Shown here: positions 10,966 to 23,153 of the stretch, one piece after another
Layout of the letters: each line of letters opens with the position of its first letter
How positions within the stretch are numbered: position 1 is the stretch's first letter
Source of the DNA: Paraspadella gotoi
Taxonomy: Eukaryota > Animalia > Chaetognatha
DNA length: 64,000 nucleotides
Reading direction: 5' to 3'
Assembly (NCBI GenBank): GCA_051294375.1
Contig: CM119267.1
Coordinates: forward strand, 26,337,324 to 26,401,323
Notes under the pieces: generated by a model
The model's database searches: none
What the model was told of the DNA's origin: nothing
What the model saw: only the letters and a program-made list of their open reading frames with translations
Program-made: the position numbers and the translations under genes

Positions 10966-12023
10966 TCGTGTTTTCGTTGGCTCTCTTCGTACTTGGCGCA
11001 GCCAGGTTCGCAAGCCCAGGCGTCATCGCCAAACTTGACGTGTTTATGACATAATGTCATGAGCTTGGGCTTCGCCTTCGTTTTCTGGTTTTGCCCTTGT
11101 CGCTTCTTTCCTTTGAAATTCTTTTTCGAGTGGGCGTTGACCACGTTGACGCCCTCTTCCGCTTCTGATTCGGAGTCGTCGTAATTACGGTAGCCTTGGT
11201 CGACGTTGTTGACGATCGAGGATGTCGGTCTAATTCTCAGACTTCCTTCATTGTCGAAGTGTCGGTCAGCCAATTCGCATAATTGGGCTGCAGATAGTTC
11301 CTCTGCCTTTTCCTCAAGTTGACGGCGCACTTCGATCGGCAGGTCCCGAAGAATCTTTTCTTTTCTGACGTCATCCAGCGTTAGCGTTCTCGTTTTATCT
11401 TCGAGTTGAGCGAGCCTTTTCGACGGTTTGAGGCCGTCTAAGTCGAGAGGGTCCAGAAGATTTGCGGCCTGCTGACGTCTGGTTATTCCATATTCTTTAC
11501 GCAGGTACTCAAGAAAATGTGTCCAAGTCGCCTCGCTTGCTTCGCCATACAAGAACTGATTTATTCTTGGATCGACTTTGACTCCTATTTTTGCTTCTAA
11601 ATGAGCGAACTTATTCTTAGGGGCAGTAATACCAGCACGAGTATACGCTGCCTCGACTCGTTTTATCCAGATTTCGATGTTAGTAGTGTCGAAGTCCGGC
11701 AGATCCGGTTTTCGACTCGACGCCCGTTCTAATGCGCGTGTAGCGGCGGCGAGGGCGGCTCGCAACTCGTCGTTCTCGTCGCGAAGGTCATGTGGGGTGG
11801 CGCCGCCTGTCGCCATCTCGGCGTCGATGAAGTTTTCGCCGTTCGCTGTTGGAAAGCTGAAAGACGGCGCTGCGTTGGCGTAACTTGGTGATGTCGAGCG
11901 AGATCTCGCTCCGCGGCCGAATCCGATGCCTCTGGGGATCTGAAGACCTGTTGAGGCTTCCTGTTGCTCCTCGGGGTTTCGCTGGGCCGAGCGGAGGCGC
12001 GAGCGAAAGTCCGAGTTGCTCAT
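10935..12023 (-). CDS. gag: Gypsy Gag
   Basis: PDFDTTNIEIWIKRVEA capsid-like region and C-terminal CHKHVKFGDDAWACEPGC (C-x2-H-x9-C-x3-C, CHCC type). First in-frame ATG at 12023; frame open to 12233. Confidence 0.9.
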   Translation of the reverse strand: MSNSDFRSRLRSAQRNPEEQQEASTGLQIPRGIGFGRGARSRSTSPSYANAAPSFSFPTANGENFIDAEMATGGATPHDLRDENDELRAALAAATRALERASSRKPDLPDFDTTNIEIWIKRVEAAYTRAGITAPKNKFAHLEAKIGVKVDPRINQFLYGEASEATWTHFLEYLRKEYGITRRQQAANLLDPLDLDGLKPSKRLAQLEDKTRTLTLDDVRKEKILRDLPIEVRRQLEEKAEELSAAQLCELADRHFDNEGSLRIRPTSSIVNNVDQGYRNYDDSESEAEEGVNVVNAHSKKNFKGKKRQGQNQKTKAKPKLMTLCHKHVKFGDDAWACEPGCAKYEESQRKHEGNARGGRRR

Positions 12024-12329
12024 GGAATCGTTCGTCGACGGCTTCTTGGTCTTGAGTCGTTCGTCGATGGCGTCGAGAGCTCCTTCTGTGGGTGCCTGTT
12101 CTTCTTCGAATCGCTCGTCGGCGGCGTCTTGGTCTCGAGTCGTTTGTCGATGGCAGGACGACCTCGAGTCGGTCGTCGACGGCGTCGTGGACTCCGTATG
12201 TGAAGGTAAGTAAGAGAGGAGGGGTGTGAGCAAAATTGGGCAATTTGCTTAACCCGAAATTCTCGCCCAATCTTACCTCGGAGAAGATCCTGTTGAGCTT
12301 TGTCTTCTTCTAGAAGGTTGGCTTCGTTC

Positions 12330-12345
12330 AGAGTTGGGTTCACCA
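12330..12345 (-). other. Primer binding site
   Basis: TGGTGAACCCAAC begins 2 nt after the LTR end; close to the tRNA-Trp-type PBS TGGTGACCCC. Confidence 0.65.
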
Positions 12346-12347
12346 TG

Positions 12348-12725
12348 TGTGGCACGGCCCGGATTCACCACAACGTGAGACGTGACGTGATTAACTTGTG
12401 ACACAGTTCTAATGTCCACTTGTTGGCAGCAGGGAAGGTGAGTCACGTGACTAACTGATTGATTGATTGGTTTAAGTCTTCCAAATGTATTTATTTACAT
12501 TGTAGAGATAAAAGCAAGAAGTGTTCAATGTTGTAATAAACATTTATTATCAGGTGAGACAAAAACAAGGTAATATCCAGTTTATCAATCAAAAGCTGAA
12601 ATCAGTCTGAAATCTTCAGTTAAGATTTGAATTAAAGAAAAGGGTTACCGAAAAAAAAAGGGAACAATCGGGGCGACCTCTTGAGGGCAATGATTGAGAA
12701 CAAAGGTTTCTTCTAGGTGGCCACA
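12348..12725 (-). repeat. 5' LTR of the Gypsy element (~378 bp)
   Basis: TGTGGC...GCCACA terminal inverted repeat, adjacent PBS, minus-strand AATAAA near 12543-12548. Second LTR not visible for confirmation. Confidence 0.65.
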
Positions 12726-13494
12726 GGACTCGCCGGAAAAAAATGAAAAACTTTTGTAAAATATGTTACATAATATTTTTAGGTTAAAGATGCGAAAAAA
12801 TGACCAAAATGTTTCATCATATAATAGTTTCTACTAAAAAATTAAAAAAAGTGAAGTAACAACCTTTTTTTTCCCATTTTTAAAGCTGAAGACATTAAAA
12901 TTTTTAATAACATATTTTATATTTTTGATCTAATTTTTATGAAGAATCAGAATCTTTAATAAAAATTAAGAAAAAATTATTTTGAAAATTTATAATTTTA
13001 TAAGGATATTACTATAAATATATTGTAATTAATGATACTGTTCCCCAAACAATATAAGCAAAATATTGTTTGTACTCCTTAATCATACTATCTCACATCT
13101 AAATATCCTTGTTTGTTCACTCAAATAAAATTTATGTTCCCCAGTGCTCCACTCTAGTGGTCACTGCAGGTCCAAAGCCCTGAGCGCCAGCTGTCGGGAG
13201 ATGCCTCACACCCCAGGCATCACACATGTCCCTCCGTTGCCATAATTCCTCCATTTCGGTTTTACGGCAAAATAGAATAGAATATTAAGATTATCTAGTT
13301 CAGGTCTTTAAACGTGTGTAAACGTTGTTTTTTTTAGCCATTGGTTCGGCTGGATTCTGAAGCTTTATTGGATCGTTTTCGAAATATTTTCATCATGAAC
13401 TCCGACTGAATCTTGCCTTGTGGCAAAGTTTGTGCTAATACCCTCCTATATAATGATTCTTAATAACGTTATCCAGTCACAACCCTTGATGCAC

Positions 13495-13686
13495 CTGCGG
13501 GGTAAAGTGGCCGTCGATCTCCACGTGAACGCTTTCAGTTGAGACGGCGTTCGCTTCCGCATCCTCCATAATGGTCTTAGTCGTCTTCCAAACTCTGCCC
13601 ATCAAGATTCCTTCAGTCTCTGGAGGGGCGACGGATAATTCTGCCAGCAACTTGCTCAAGGCGAACGGAAGAATTGTAACGTTCAT
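13495..13686 (-). CDS. Probable first exon of an Abraxas/ABRO1 (FAM175)-like MPN- protein
   Basis: ETEGILMGRVWKTTKTIMEDAEANAVSTESVHVEIDGH resembles the Abraxas N-terminus (EGFLLGEV...ISDSQ...IEI..H). CAG|gtgcat donor near 13495. A possible next exon at ~13340-13445 could not be joined cleanly. Confidence 0.5.
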
Positions 13687-15396
13687 TATTACGACGATAA
13701 AATTATTAATAAACGACTTTTAATGGACCCGCGCCTTAGGAAATAAAAATTTCTATATTTAAAAGCTTAGGAGTCGACCTAAAATGAGCGAAAATCTGAA
13801 CTAACTAATCAGACACGAAAAACTAGAATTGATACACGTTAAATCATTGTTTTAAAAATCTTAAAAGTATAGTTATCTGGCCCGACGTTACTATAAAAAA
13901 AAATTAATGAAAAAAATCGAGAAAAAAAAACAACGATGCGATAAAGATTGATTGATGTAATAATAATTGATTATTGATGTAATACCATGATGGAAAAAAA
14001 GTTTTTCCATAAATGTTACTTTTATCCAAAAATTTATAAACAATATTGTTAGATAATTAAGTTAATCATGTAAGATTTATGAATGAATAATAAAAGAGTT
14101 AAAATGGTAATAAATACAAATTATTTAACGATTTAAACATATTCGTTAAAATCTTCCTAAAATTTTGCCTTACCTAAAAAAAAATTAAATAAATTTAATT
14201 TGGATTATGATGAAAAGCTTAAAATCAGGTGAATTGAAGATAAGCCATAACACTGACATGTTCAGAAATGACCAGTGAAAAATATTAACAAGTATGGGTT
14301 TTATTGTATGCAATACAATGCGCGTGCGACTAAGTATTTTGAAAACATCCACGACGCCTTGTACTTGTAGTTGTAGCCCAAAATAACTTTTGCTACTCAT
14401 TTTATTATTGTGTATTAAAACGTTCAGACAGGGCAGGACGTTAAGTTTTGTCTCGACATAGGGTGCGCCACCCCTGTACACAAAGAAGGTGAATTAAATC
14501 GCGATTAAATAGCGATTAAAAAGCAATGAGGTGGCATTTCGATCCCGAGACTTCGAGAAGGGAGCAAGTCGCCATTTTCGCGCTGAAGGCAAACGGAGAA
14601 TCATTCAAAGAAGAGCTTGGAGTTAAGCAAAGATTTAAAAGAGCGTCCGGATCCGATGCCCCAAAGATGCCAGACGGGTACGCTCTAGGACGTAGGTGGG
14701 ATTAACGATGGCGTGGAATTTTAAATGAAAATAAAAACTCCATTTAGATTGGGATCAGATCAAGAAGTAAGAGAGAGAAAGAGCGAAAAAGAGACCGGCC
14801 GGCCGCATATCCCTCTCCCGCAGTATGGATACTCGGGACAGACATCATGAAAGCAAAAGAGAGCGGGTCATTCTATGAGAGCATAACAGAGGAAAGAGAG
14901 AGAGAAAGGCGTGTTCGGAATCGAGGCGCTGTAGAGATGGGCTTATTTTGGGACAATCAGAAGGGGCAGTGCGAGAGAGAGAGAAAAAAAATATATAATT
15001 TGCATATTAAATTTAAAGGAAAAAAATATAAAAATTAAGTCATATTTCAAAACTAAACAAAGCACATTTTAATAATTTGAAGCCAAATGATATTAAATTA
15101 AATATTGTAGTCTAATTGTATTCTATTGTAGACTAACATTGTGTTGTATAGATGCTCCCTCTATTTCCAGAAAACAACACTGACCTCCCCCTCCCAAAAT
15201 GAGTTATTAGATATAATAAGAAAATAATACTTTAAAAAGTAATATATATATATAATTAAATAATAGTTTAAATAGTAAAACATTCATAAAATATAAAAAT
15301 ATAATATAGTGAAACAAGTAATTTTGCAAATTTTCATATAAAATAAAAAAAAATAAAAAAATAGGACATTTTTGGTATTAATTTTAGAGAAAATAT

Positions 15397-16911
15397 TAGA
15401 GATGAGCATCGTTCAAATCGAAGCTCCGATCAAGATTCCTTTATATTTCACTTCTATTCAAAACTACATAGTCAAGGCCAAAACAAATTATGTCAATATG
15501 GGCAGATTTCGAAAGCTTGGCGTCTTGGGAAGCCAATGGAGGTAGAGCGCGATCGAAATTCCCATTTTATCATGCCCAAAAATGGTATTTAAATGGACTG
15601 GTCAGGCCGTTTTTTCCCTATTCCAAGAAAACCTCCTGGCTCTTGAGTAAAAAATACCAAATCATACATATTAGTACAGTTTCCGAAACCTTATTGTCTT
15701 CTCTACATGATGAAAAAAAGCAAAATTAAAATTCTTGCAATCTTAATTGCTTGATAAAGCAATCAAATGAACTGGTTTTTTAGGTGAAAACTGCATAGTC
15801 AAGCCTTCATTTTTTTCAATTTTGAACAAAATTGACAGAAACTGTATTGATTTTACTATTCAAATCAGGTAGAGCGCGGGCTTAATTCAAAAGCGTTTTC
15901 TCAATATAATGCAAAATTTAAAAAAAGTCTAATAAAAACTCATAAAAAACAAAAATCGTCGCACAGTGTTGCTTGTGAGTCCCAAATGCTAGAAAAATAA
16001 TTTTTTAAATTTTTTATATTATTATATAATATATAAAAATATTTATATAAATATAATTATAATATTAAAAATAAATTTTTTTATTCAATCTGAAAAAGGT
16101 AATACTATATATTAAAAAGTATATATGTATAAAAAAATATATTTTATATTAAAATTAATTAATTTTTTTAAACTGCAAATTTTTTTATCATGGTATGATT
16201 AAAAAATATAAGATTAAAATACAATTTTAATTTAAACAAAATATAATAATCATATTAAATATAATAAATCAAAAAAATTTAATTTTTTTATTTAATAATA
16301 ATAATAAAATAATAATAATAATAACAATAATAACAAAATAATAATAATAAATAAAATATTAATATTTTATTTTTTAATTTTATTTTTTTAATTATAATCA
16401 TTATTTTTATTATTATTATTATTATTTTATCATTATTATTATTTTATCATTATTATTATTTTATCATTATTATATAATCTGATAATAATATGTATTTTAT
16501 TTTAAAATAATTTTTTTTTTAAAAATTATAAAAAATTATGTTTTAATTATTTTAATATTTAAATAAATTTTTAAATAATAATTTTTATAATTAATATATA
16601 ATAAAAAAATATTTTTAACTGAACTGGATTTTTCTGAAAAATTCAGGCCCAGGATCTCACTGTGCGCCGGTTCTATAAAGCTTAGTACTACGCATAGTAC
16701 TAATCTTTGTTGGATCAAAACGAGCTCGATTTTAAAGGAAAGTTGATCGGTTTGAAGAGCGATTTTTGCGATTGCTTTTTGGCGATTACTTTTGAACGGA
16801 ATGTCGGATTATGATGAAATTATGCATGTAGATAATGTTTGCAATTGTCTATCGAACGCTACCAAATTTGATATAAAACAATGAGTTGTTTAGAAACGAT
16901 GCTCATCCCCA
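15397..16911. mobile_element. Non-autonomous TIR element, hAT-like termini
   Basis: tagagatgagcatcgtt ... aacgatgctcatcccca (17-bp TIR, 2 mismatches); TSD not clean. Its 15855-16896 part recurs at 31210-32143. Confidence 0.6.
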
Positions 16912-17980
16912 TAAATATAAAACTTTAATTTGCTTAACATTGAAATTCAATTAGTTTTAGCCAAAATATTTTTAATGAAAGATAAAATAATTTTATAAAA
17001 AAAATTAACAGCTAAAAATATGTTTGGTGTTTGGTATTTTGTATTTGGTGACGGGTTGGAGTCTATTATATAGTTGTTTTTAATTAAGATAAACATTTTT
17101 CAGTATGTTCAAGATTGTCATTTTTGACTGAGTTAAAATCTTTGTTCATGATGAAAAAATAGAAGAAAAATTTTTTTAGATTTTTTTTATGTGAAAATCA
17201 TATCCATAGGATATTTACTTTCTATATTGAGCTCGAATTTTTTAATATAATCAGCTTGGGAGTTATTCAATAATCCATATCATATTCTGCAAAGAATTCT
17301 AGCATGCTTTGCCATTCTTAATAAGATACAAAATAATTTTGGGCGACTTGAGTCTTGGGTACATTGTTACATCATCTTTGATCGAGGTTTTAATCTTGTC
17401 AATCATATCAGAATACAACTGAATACGTTACATTGCAAATCTCTTTAAATGTATGCATCCTTAATGTTATTACTAATTTCTTTATTATCTGTTAATTTTT
17501 TTATTTACCAATGAATTAATTTTCTTTAATAATTTTATTGGTTCTGGGTCTGGTAGTAGCCAAGTAGTTTACATACTTAATGCTGATACTCATATTTCAT
17601 GCCAAAACAAATTGAAAATATAGTTGATAACGAAATTAAAACAAACGAAAATATATTGTTTTATTTATCTTTAAAAATAATTATAAGCAAAATATTTTGA
17701 TTCAGAAATTGCTTATCTAAAATTAAGAAAAATCATTACTTACCTAGGCAATTTCAGTCACACTTTGCTCAGTTAATCAGGCAAAATATTACCTAAGTTC
17801 ACCCCTTAGTCCTGCCTAATACTTGCGTACTATTAACATTCTGTGTTTTAGTATTGGCCCTTCAGCATTATTAGACAAATGGACCCATTAGACGTACTCG
17901 ATACTGTCCAGTGTCCAGGGTAAAGTGTAATCATTTTTATTTCTATTTCTTCATTGACATTTTCACATTAACGGTACGCA

Positions 17981-18427
17981 TGTAACGTTTCTCATGCGGA
18001 TATTCCAAGCTTCTATATCATAAACGTACACGAGGAGCATGCAGCAGCCAGCTGCATCTCTCCCCCTGCAACTCTCTCTCTTTGTCTCTCTCCTCCCTCG
18101 GCGAGAAGCCAGCGAAAAGCCAGTAAGAAGCCGAAGCCTGCCTCACCGGGACCAAACAAAGACCTCACCAAACTCTATGACTGCAATAAAGGCCATGGGC
18201 CAATTGGAAGGAAGAAGAGGATTGGGGAGGTTGGCAAAAGGGCCAATGAGAAGAAGGCCCGGGACTTGGTGGGGCCAAGGGATCGGTTTCTGTAGTAGAA
18301 AGTAGAGGCTTGACTTTGTTTCCCATTCATTCTAGTTTCTAGGCTCGGAAAGCAAAGAGCATTTGAACTTACCTTATGATTCTTGCTGATCTTTGACTTT
18401 GAAATAAACTCTCGTTTTTTTGTTACA
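17981..18427 (+). mobile_element. Possible solo LTR
   Basis: tgtaac...gttaca termini, AATAAA near 18403, higher GC than flanks; no matching TSD. Confidence 0.3.
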
Positions 18428-18913
18428 TCGAATTCTTATATCTCACTAAAATTGGAACTTAGCTAATACGTTCATGATATTAATAATATTTACTGGCTTA
18501 TTTTGATGTGATGTCGACGGAACAACAAACTCGCATCAAAAATTACTTAAAATTAAAACAGAAAAGAATAAAAAAGAAATGCATATTTAATTTGAAAACA
18601 TTTATTTAAACTTGTTTTAATTGAAAAAAATAAAATAATTCGTTCATAATTTAATTCTAAGTAATTAATTATAATATGATAATGATATGTGATTACCTAA
18701 ATAAAGTTACTTAACAGCCTTGTTATCTCAATAGCTTTACGTCAAAAGGGAAAGAGCCCACAGCTTGATTTTAAGTATTTTAAAAATTTTATTGTATTAT
18801 TTCCTCTATTTTCGTTGCTGAGTGGATATTGAGAAAGGTTTATTATTTTGCCAATACAAATAAAAATTTTAAAAACAATAGGTTTTGCTGGTCAACTTTC
18901 TTGATTTGATGAG

Positions 18914-19787
18914 TCAATAATATCCTCCTCGAACGGGGTGAGGTCCCAACCATGTGCTCCATCCGCCGCCGGGTCCGAGGTAGTTGGCCCTGTAGTCATA
19001 AGAGGATCCATCGTTGTCCGCCGCCATCATCTGCGAGGCAGAGTATATTTGTGGAAAGCCTCGACCGAACCGTGCTCTCCGGCCGCGAGAGCCTCCCCGA
19101 GGACCCCAACCCCTTCCTCGTCCTCGACCACGAAAAGGAACACCGCGGCCCTGCATTCCGCTAATATCCTCCCCACGATCCAGAGCCTCGGCGACGACAC
19201 GCTTGATGTGCTTCATGCCGACCACGTGGTTGGAGAGCATTTGAGTTGTTGAAACTCCGATGCTGCAGATGGAGCAAACGATGGCGCTGGTGTCGTGGGG
19301 CGAGATCTCGCGGACGAGAAGATCCATGGCTTCGGCGTCACCGACCTGATTGATCGAGGCAGAGGCGGCTTCGGGGAGGGAGGATTCAGTTTCAAATTCG
19401 CTAGTGTCCATAATGACCTCGGTAGAATTTGTCGTAGGTGGCGTCGTTGGCGCAGACGGCGTCGTTTCAGGAGAGATCGACTCGGACGGGGATATCGCGT
19501 ACCGGACAGCAGCGTCTCTCGCTTCTTTAATCTTTGCGTCGATAACACTTTTTTCCATGACGCCGGCGGCCGTCGCTGTGGCAGCCGCAGCAGCCTCCAC
19601 CCCCGCTGGAATCGACGAGAGCAGCTTGGAGCCGCCGGATACGAAATTGGCGCTGTAGGGGCCGGGCACCTCGATGGGCGGGGCGCTAGCGTCGGCATCG
19701 GTATCGCAAGTAGACTTTTCTTCTTGTGGCGAAAGGTAATCGGTGTCGACGCCGTTTAGAAAATTGATCTCCATCGTCTTCATTTTT
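18914..19787 (-). CDS. Multi-zinc-finger gene exon 7 (terminal): A/S/T/P-rich linker, finger 8, RGG/YG tail
   Basis: ttttag|A AAA ATG acceptor, phase 2 matching exon 6; CSICSIGVSTTQMLSNHVVGMKH; GRGVPFRGRGRGRGWGPRGGSRGRR; stop TGA at 18914. Confidence 0.9.
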
Positions 19788-20619
19788 CTAAAAGTTGTTA
19801 AATTAGTAACCTCAATTACGAGGAACGTCAAGATAATCCGAGTTGCCCCTTTGGTATACAGCCACCCATGATGACCCATCGACCAGGAGGGGGCCCATAT
19901 GTTTTGCACACTGTACTCAGTAATTAATAGTGAGTTTTCTTAGGTTTTATCCCGACTCTATAATCCACTTTGTCTGTCCGTCGGTCCCTTACTAAATCTT
20001 GTCGGGCACTCACTTAAATCATGTCAGAACATCGAATTATAATAAATTATGCAAAAAAATTATGTCCGTCCCCCCTTAGCAAAAAAACTCCAATTACTCG
20101 TGATTGGATGGATGGATTGGAATGAAATTTTGTGTGTGGTTGGAAAATTGTGTGATTGTGACTGGATATAAAGTTTTAATGGAATCGTGCGAGTGGAAAT
20201 GAGTTTAAATGGAAAAAACAAAAGTAACATTTTTTTAATTCTTTTTAATTATCAGAGGAGAATTTAGCCTGCTGTCCAATTCTCCTCTTCCTCTTCTTCT
20301 TTCCTCCTCCTGCCCCTCAGTATATTTTGTCTAGCGATACATTCTCTCGTTTTTACTCTTCGCGAAATATACCATTATTTTTCCCTCTATTTCTTCACGC
20401 CTTCAATACCCCTCAAGATTATATTTACTCACAATTATTAAAATTATTCACAATTAAATGGATTGTTTGAGATGAAATATTGTGTAGGTAGGAAAGTGTA
20501 GGCTGAACATAAAGTTTTGGTGGAATCGAGCGAGCGGAAAAGGAAAAAACAAAAATCACATTCATTGAAAATTTTTTTGTTAAGTTTCTCTTTCTCTCTC
20601 TCAGATAAAATGATTGAAG

Positions 20620-21045
20620 GACCAAATTATGCCAGTTGACCAAATAATGCTAATTGACAAAATTATGCCAATTGACAAAATTATGCCAATTGACAAAATT
20701 ATGCCAATTGACAAAATTATGCCAATTGACAAAATTATGCCAATTGACAAAATTATGCCAATTGACAAAATTATGCCAATTGACAAAATTATGCCAATTG
20801 ACAAAATTATGCCAATTGACAAAATTATGCCAGTTGACAAAATTATGCCAGTTGACTAAATTATGCCAATTGACTAAATTATGCCAATTGACTAAATTAT
20901 GCCAATTGACTAAATTATGCCAATTGACTAAATTATGCCAGTTGACTAAATTATGCCAGTGGACCAAATTATGCCAGTAGACCAAATTATGCCAATTGAC
21001 TAAATTATGCCAGTTGACCAAATTATGCCAGTTGACCAAATTATG
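20620..21045 (+). repeat. Homogeneous 18-bp tandem array (aattgacaaaattatgcc), ~23 units
   Basis: Directly visible; produces the MPIDKI/LTKLCQ/VNWHNL pseudo-ORFs. Confidence 0.97.
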
Positions 21046-22895
21046 AAAGGGGACTAAATTATGTCAGGTTTCGCATACAATCAGTGTCTTTTAGACAACG
21101 AAATCTGAACTTCAATAATTACCATATTTCTTGATCTCATTGGTTAGTACGAAGCTTTCTTCATTTAAAAAAACGGTCGTCTCAAGTTATCTCCTTATCA
21201 CTTAGAACTTCCCATGTAAATTTCTATGAGTTAAAAATACGGTAAGACATGATTTCTTCAATGATTGTCAATCTAATCTCATTCACTGCTTAATTTTAGA
21301 AAAAAGTATGCTTGAATTTTTATGGTACAGATGATTTTTAAAGATCGAATTCCTTATAAGAATCCTCATGTCTTTTACTTACACAAAAGATTTTAGGTAA
21401 GACGCCACATTATCTGATACAATTTTTTTTCTTTGATACGCTTTTCCTGATAACTTTCTTCACCTCTTTTCTTCTCTTACTTTTTCCTCTTCCTCTTTCC
21501 TCCCTTACTTCTCACGCTGTCACTTACCATTTTTTTGGCCCCTACCTCTTTCGGTCACTCATGCACTTTCCTCACCTTTTTTTCTCATTTTCATTCTTTC
21601 CCTTTTTTCCCCCTCTTTTTCTTTCCATTTTCCTCTCTTTTTTTACCTTACAATTGTTTCACTATTTTTTCCCCATTAGCCTTCGTTTTTTTGCCTGTCA
21701 CCCTCTCTTTCAATCTCTCCCCTTCTCCTTTTCTTGTTTTCCCTTTCCTATTTTCTCTCACTACGTTTACATTGAGCCAAATTAAAGAAAATATTTAAAA
21801 TGCATTATAAGAAAGAAAATTAACGGTAGCGCATGATTTTTCTTTCAATTTTGGTTGGCTAGCAAATTTAGTAAATCGACAGATTTTCCGGAAAATTTTT
21901 CCGCAAAATCTGTCAATACTAAGAAAAAACAAGTACTGATGCTTTCCAGTGGATTAAAAGGATGCGGTTTTTTTTATTAATCAAGGTCAGTATGTACCTC
22001 ATCTTTCAAAACTAATAAATGAGTTGAAAATATTCTCTTTATCAAAAATAAATGCAAGTCACAAAAAGTCACAAATTAAATGACGTCTTTAAAAATTATT
22101 TGTGGCTAAACCAGTAAAGTTTTTTTTGATAATTTTATAGGTGTTAAAAGCTTATTCAATAAGCTATATTTTCTGTTAATTTCAACCAATTTGATTTATT
22201 TTTGTTTAACAAATTATGATAAAGACTGAAACTCCAACTTTTTGACTTGTTAACTTTAAAATTAATTCATAGGCAAACTATAAATGATTTAAGCTAATAA
22301 ATTTACCCAGAGGTAAAGAAGATAAGAAAAAACGGATTGCCAAAGTAAAAAAATTTTCTCAACTTTCCTTGGCATTCAAATCAGAAGTCGTAAGTAAAAA
22401 TGGACAAAAATGGACATAATTTTTTTTTTGCTAAAAGTTGCCAAAATGGTACTATTTTATCATTAGAAACGGGTGGAGATGTTTTTAACCAATCCTTCGT
22501 TCGGCCTAATTTGTGTTGTGGTACAAAGTTAATCAACATTGTAAGTAACAACTGAACAATAGTGGAAAGAGTCGTTTTTTTCCTAAATGCAACATTTGTA
22601 CGCGGAACCGTCAGTTGACCAAATTAAGTAAGTTGACCAAAATATGCAAGTTGACCAAATTATGACAATTATTATTGGCTCAGCTACTGGTTCATATATA
22701 GATCAATTGATTTATATATTTTTTCGTATATTTATAAAGAAGTCTGTTATGATTTGTTATGATCTGTTAAGATCACAAATTGAAAGTCAGAAAGAATTGT
22801 CGAGATTTATCATCAGATTAGCTGATTACCACTTAATTATTGTAGGCAGAACCTACATTGTTTGCTCAAACTTGTTAAGACAAGTATTTACTTAC

Positions 22896-23153
22896 GCTTG
22901 ATGCTTCCGGCTGGGAAAATGAGCAAGGGCGAGTGCCAATTTATTGAATTTGAGATCGCAAAGGACGCAGCAGAGCATCCCGTCCTTGATCATCGGCCCC
23001 GTGTCGAGAATCTTTCGACCTAACGTTCCTTTTGGTAGATCCAGCTTCCCGCCCATGAGCTGGAGCATCTTAGCCTTCTTAGCATGGGCCTGACCGGCCA
23101 TGTGGGCATCGTATACAGAGCGAGTTGGGAGCGATTTGTTGCAAACGTCGCAT
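22896..23153 (-). CDS. Multi-zinc-finger gene exon 6 (fingers 6 and 7)
   Basis: ttcag|A TGC; CDVCNKSLPTRSVYDAHMAGQAH and CVLCDLKFNKLALALAHFPSRKH; GC|gtaag donor; 258 nt, phase 2-2. Confidence 0.92.

Larger units (their letters stand above)
7181..12725 (-). mobile_element. Ty3/Gypsy LTR retrotransposon, CsRn1-like clade, intact ORFs; 3' LTR missing, probably in the gap 7081-7180
   Basis: LTR, PBS, gag with CHCC motif, and pol in PR-RT-RH-IN order. Confidence 0.95.

Noticed and set aside
7296-12213. Plus-strand ORFs antisense to gag/pol, and similar ones over the DIRS copies and exon 7
   Set aside because: Shadow ORFs of GC-richer coding sequence with no independent motifs.
17250-17400. Possible decayed Gypsy RNase H fragment (MLEFFAEYDMD on the minus strand)
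   Set aside because: Too short and interrupted to support without a search.
19788-19909. N-terminal 41 codons of the 331-aa ORF
   Set aside because: Upstream of a phase-compatible acceptor at 19787; interpreted as intron.
20601-21039. Repetitive ORFs MPIDKI/LTKLCQ/VNWHNL
   Set aside because: By-products of an 18-bp satellite; no splice or domain support.
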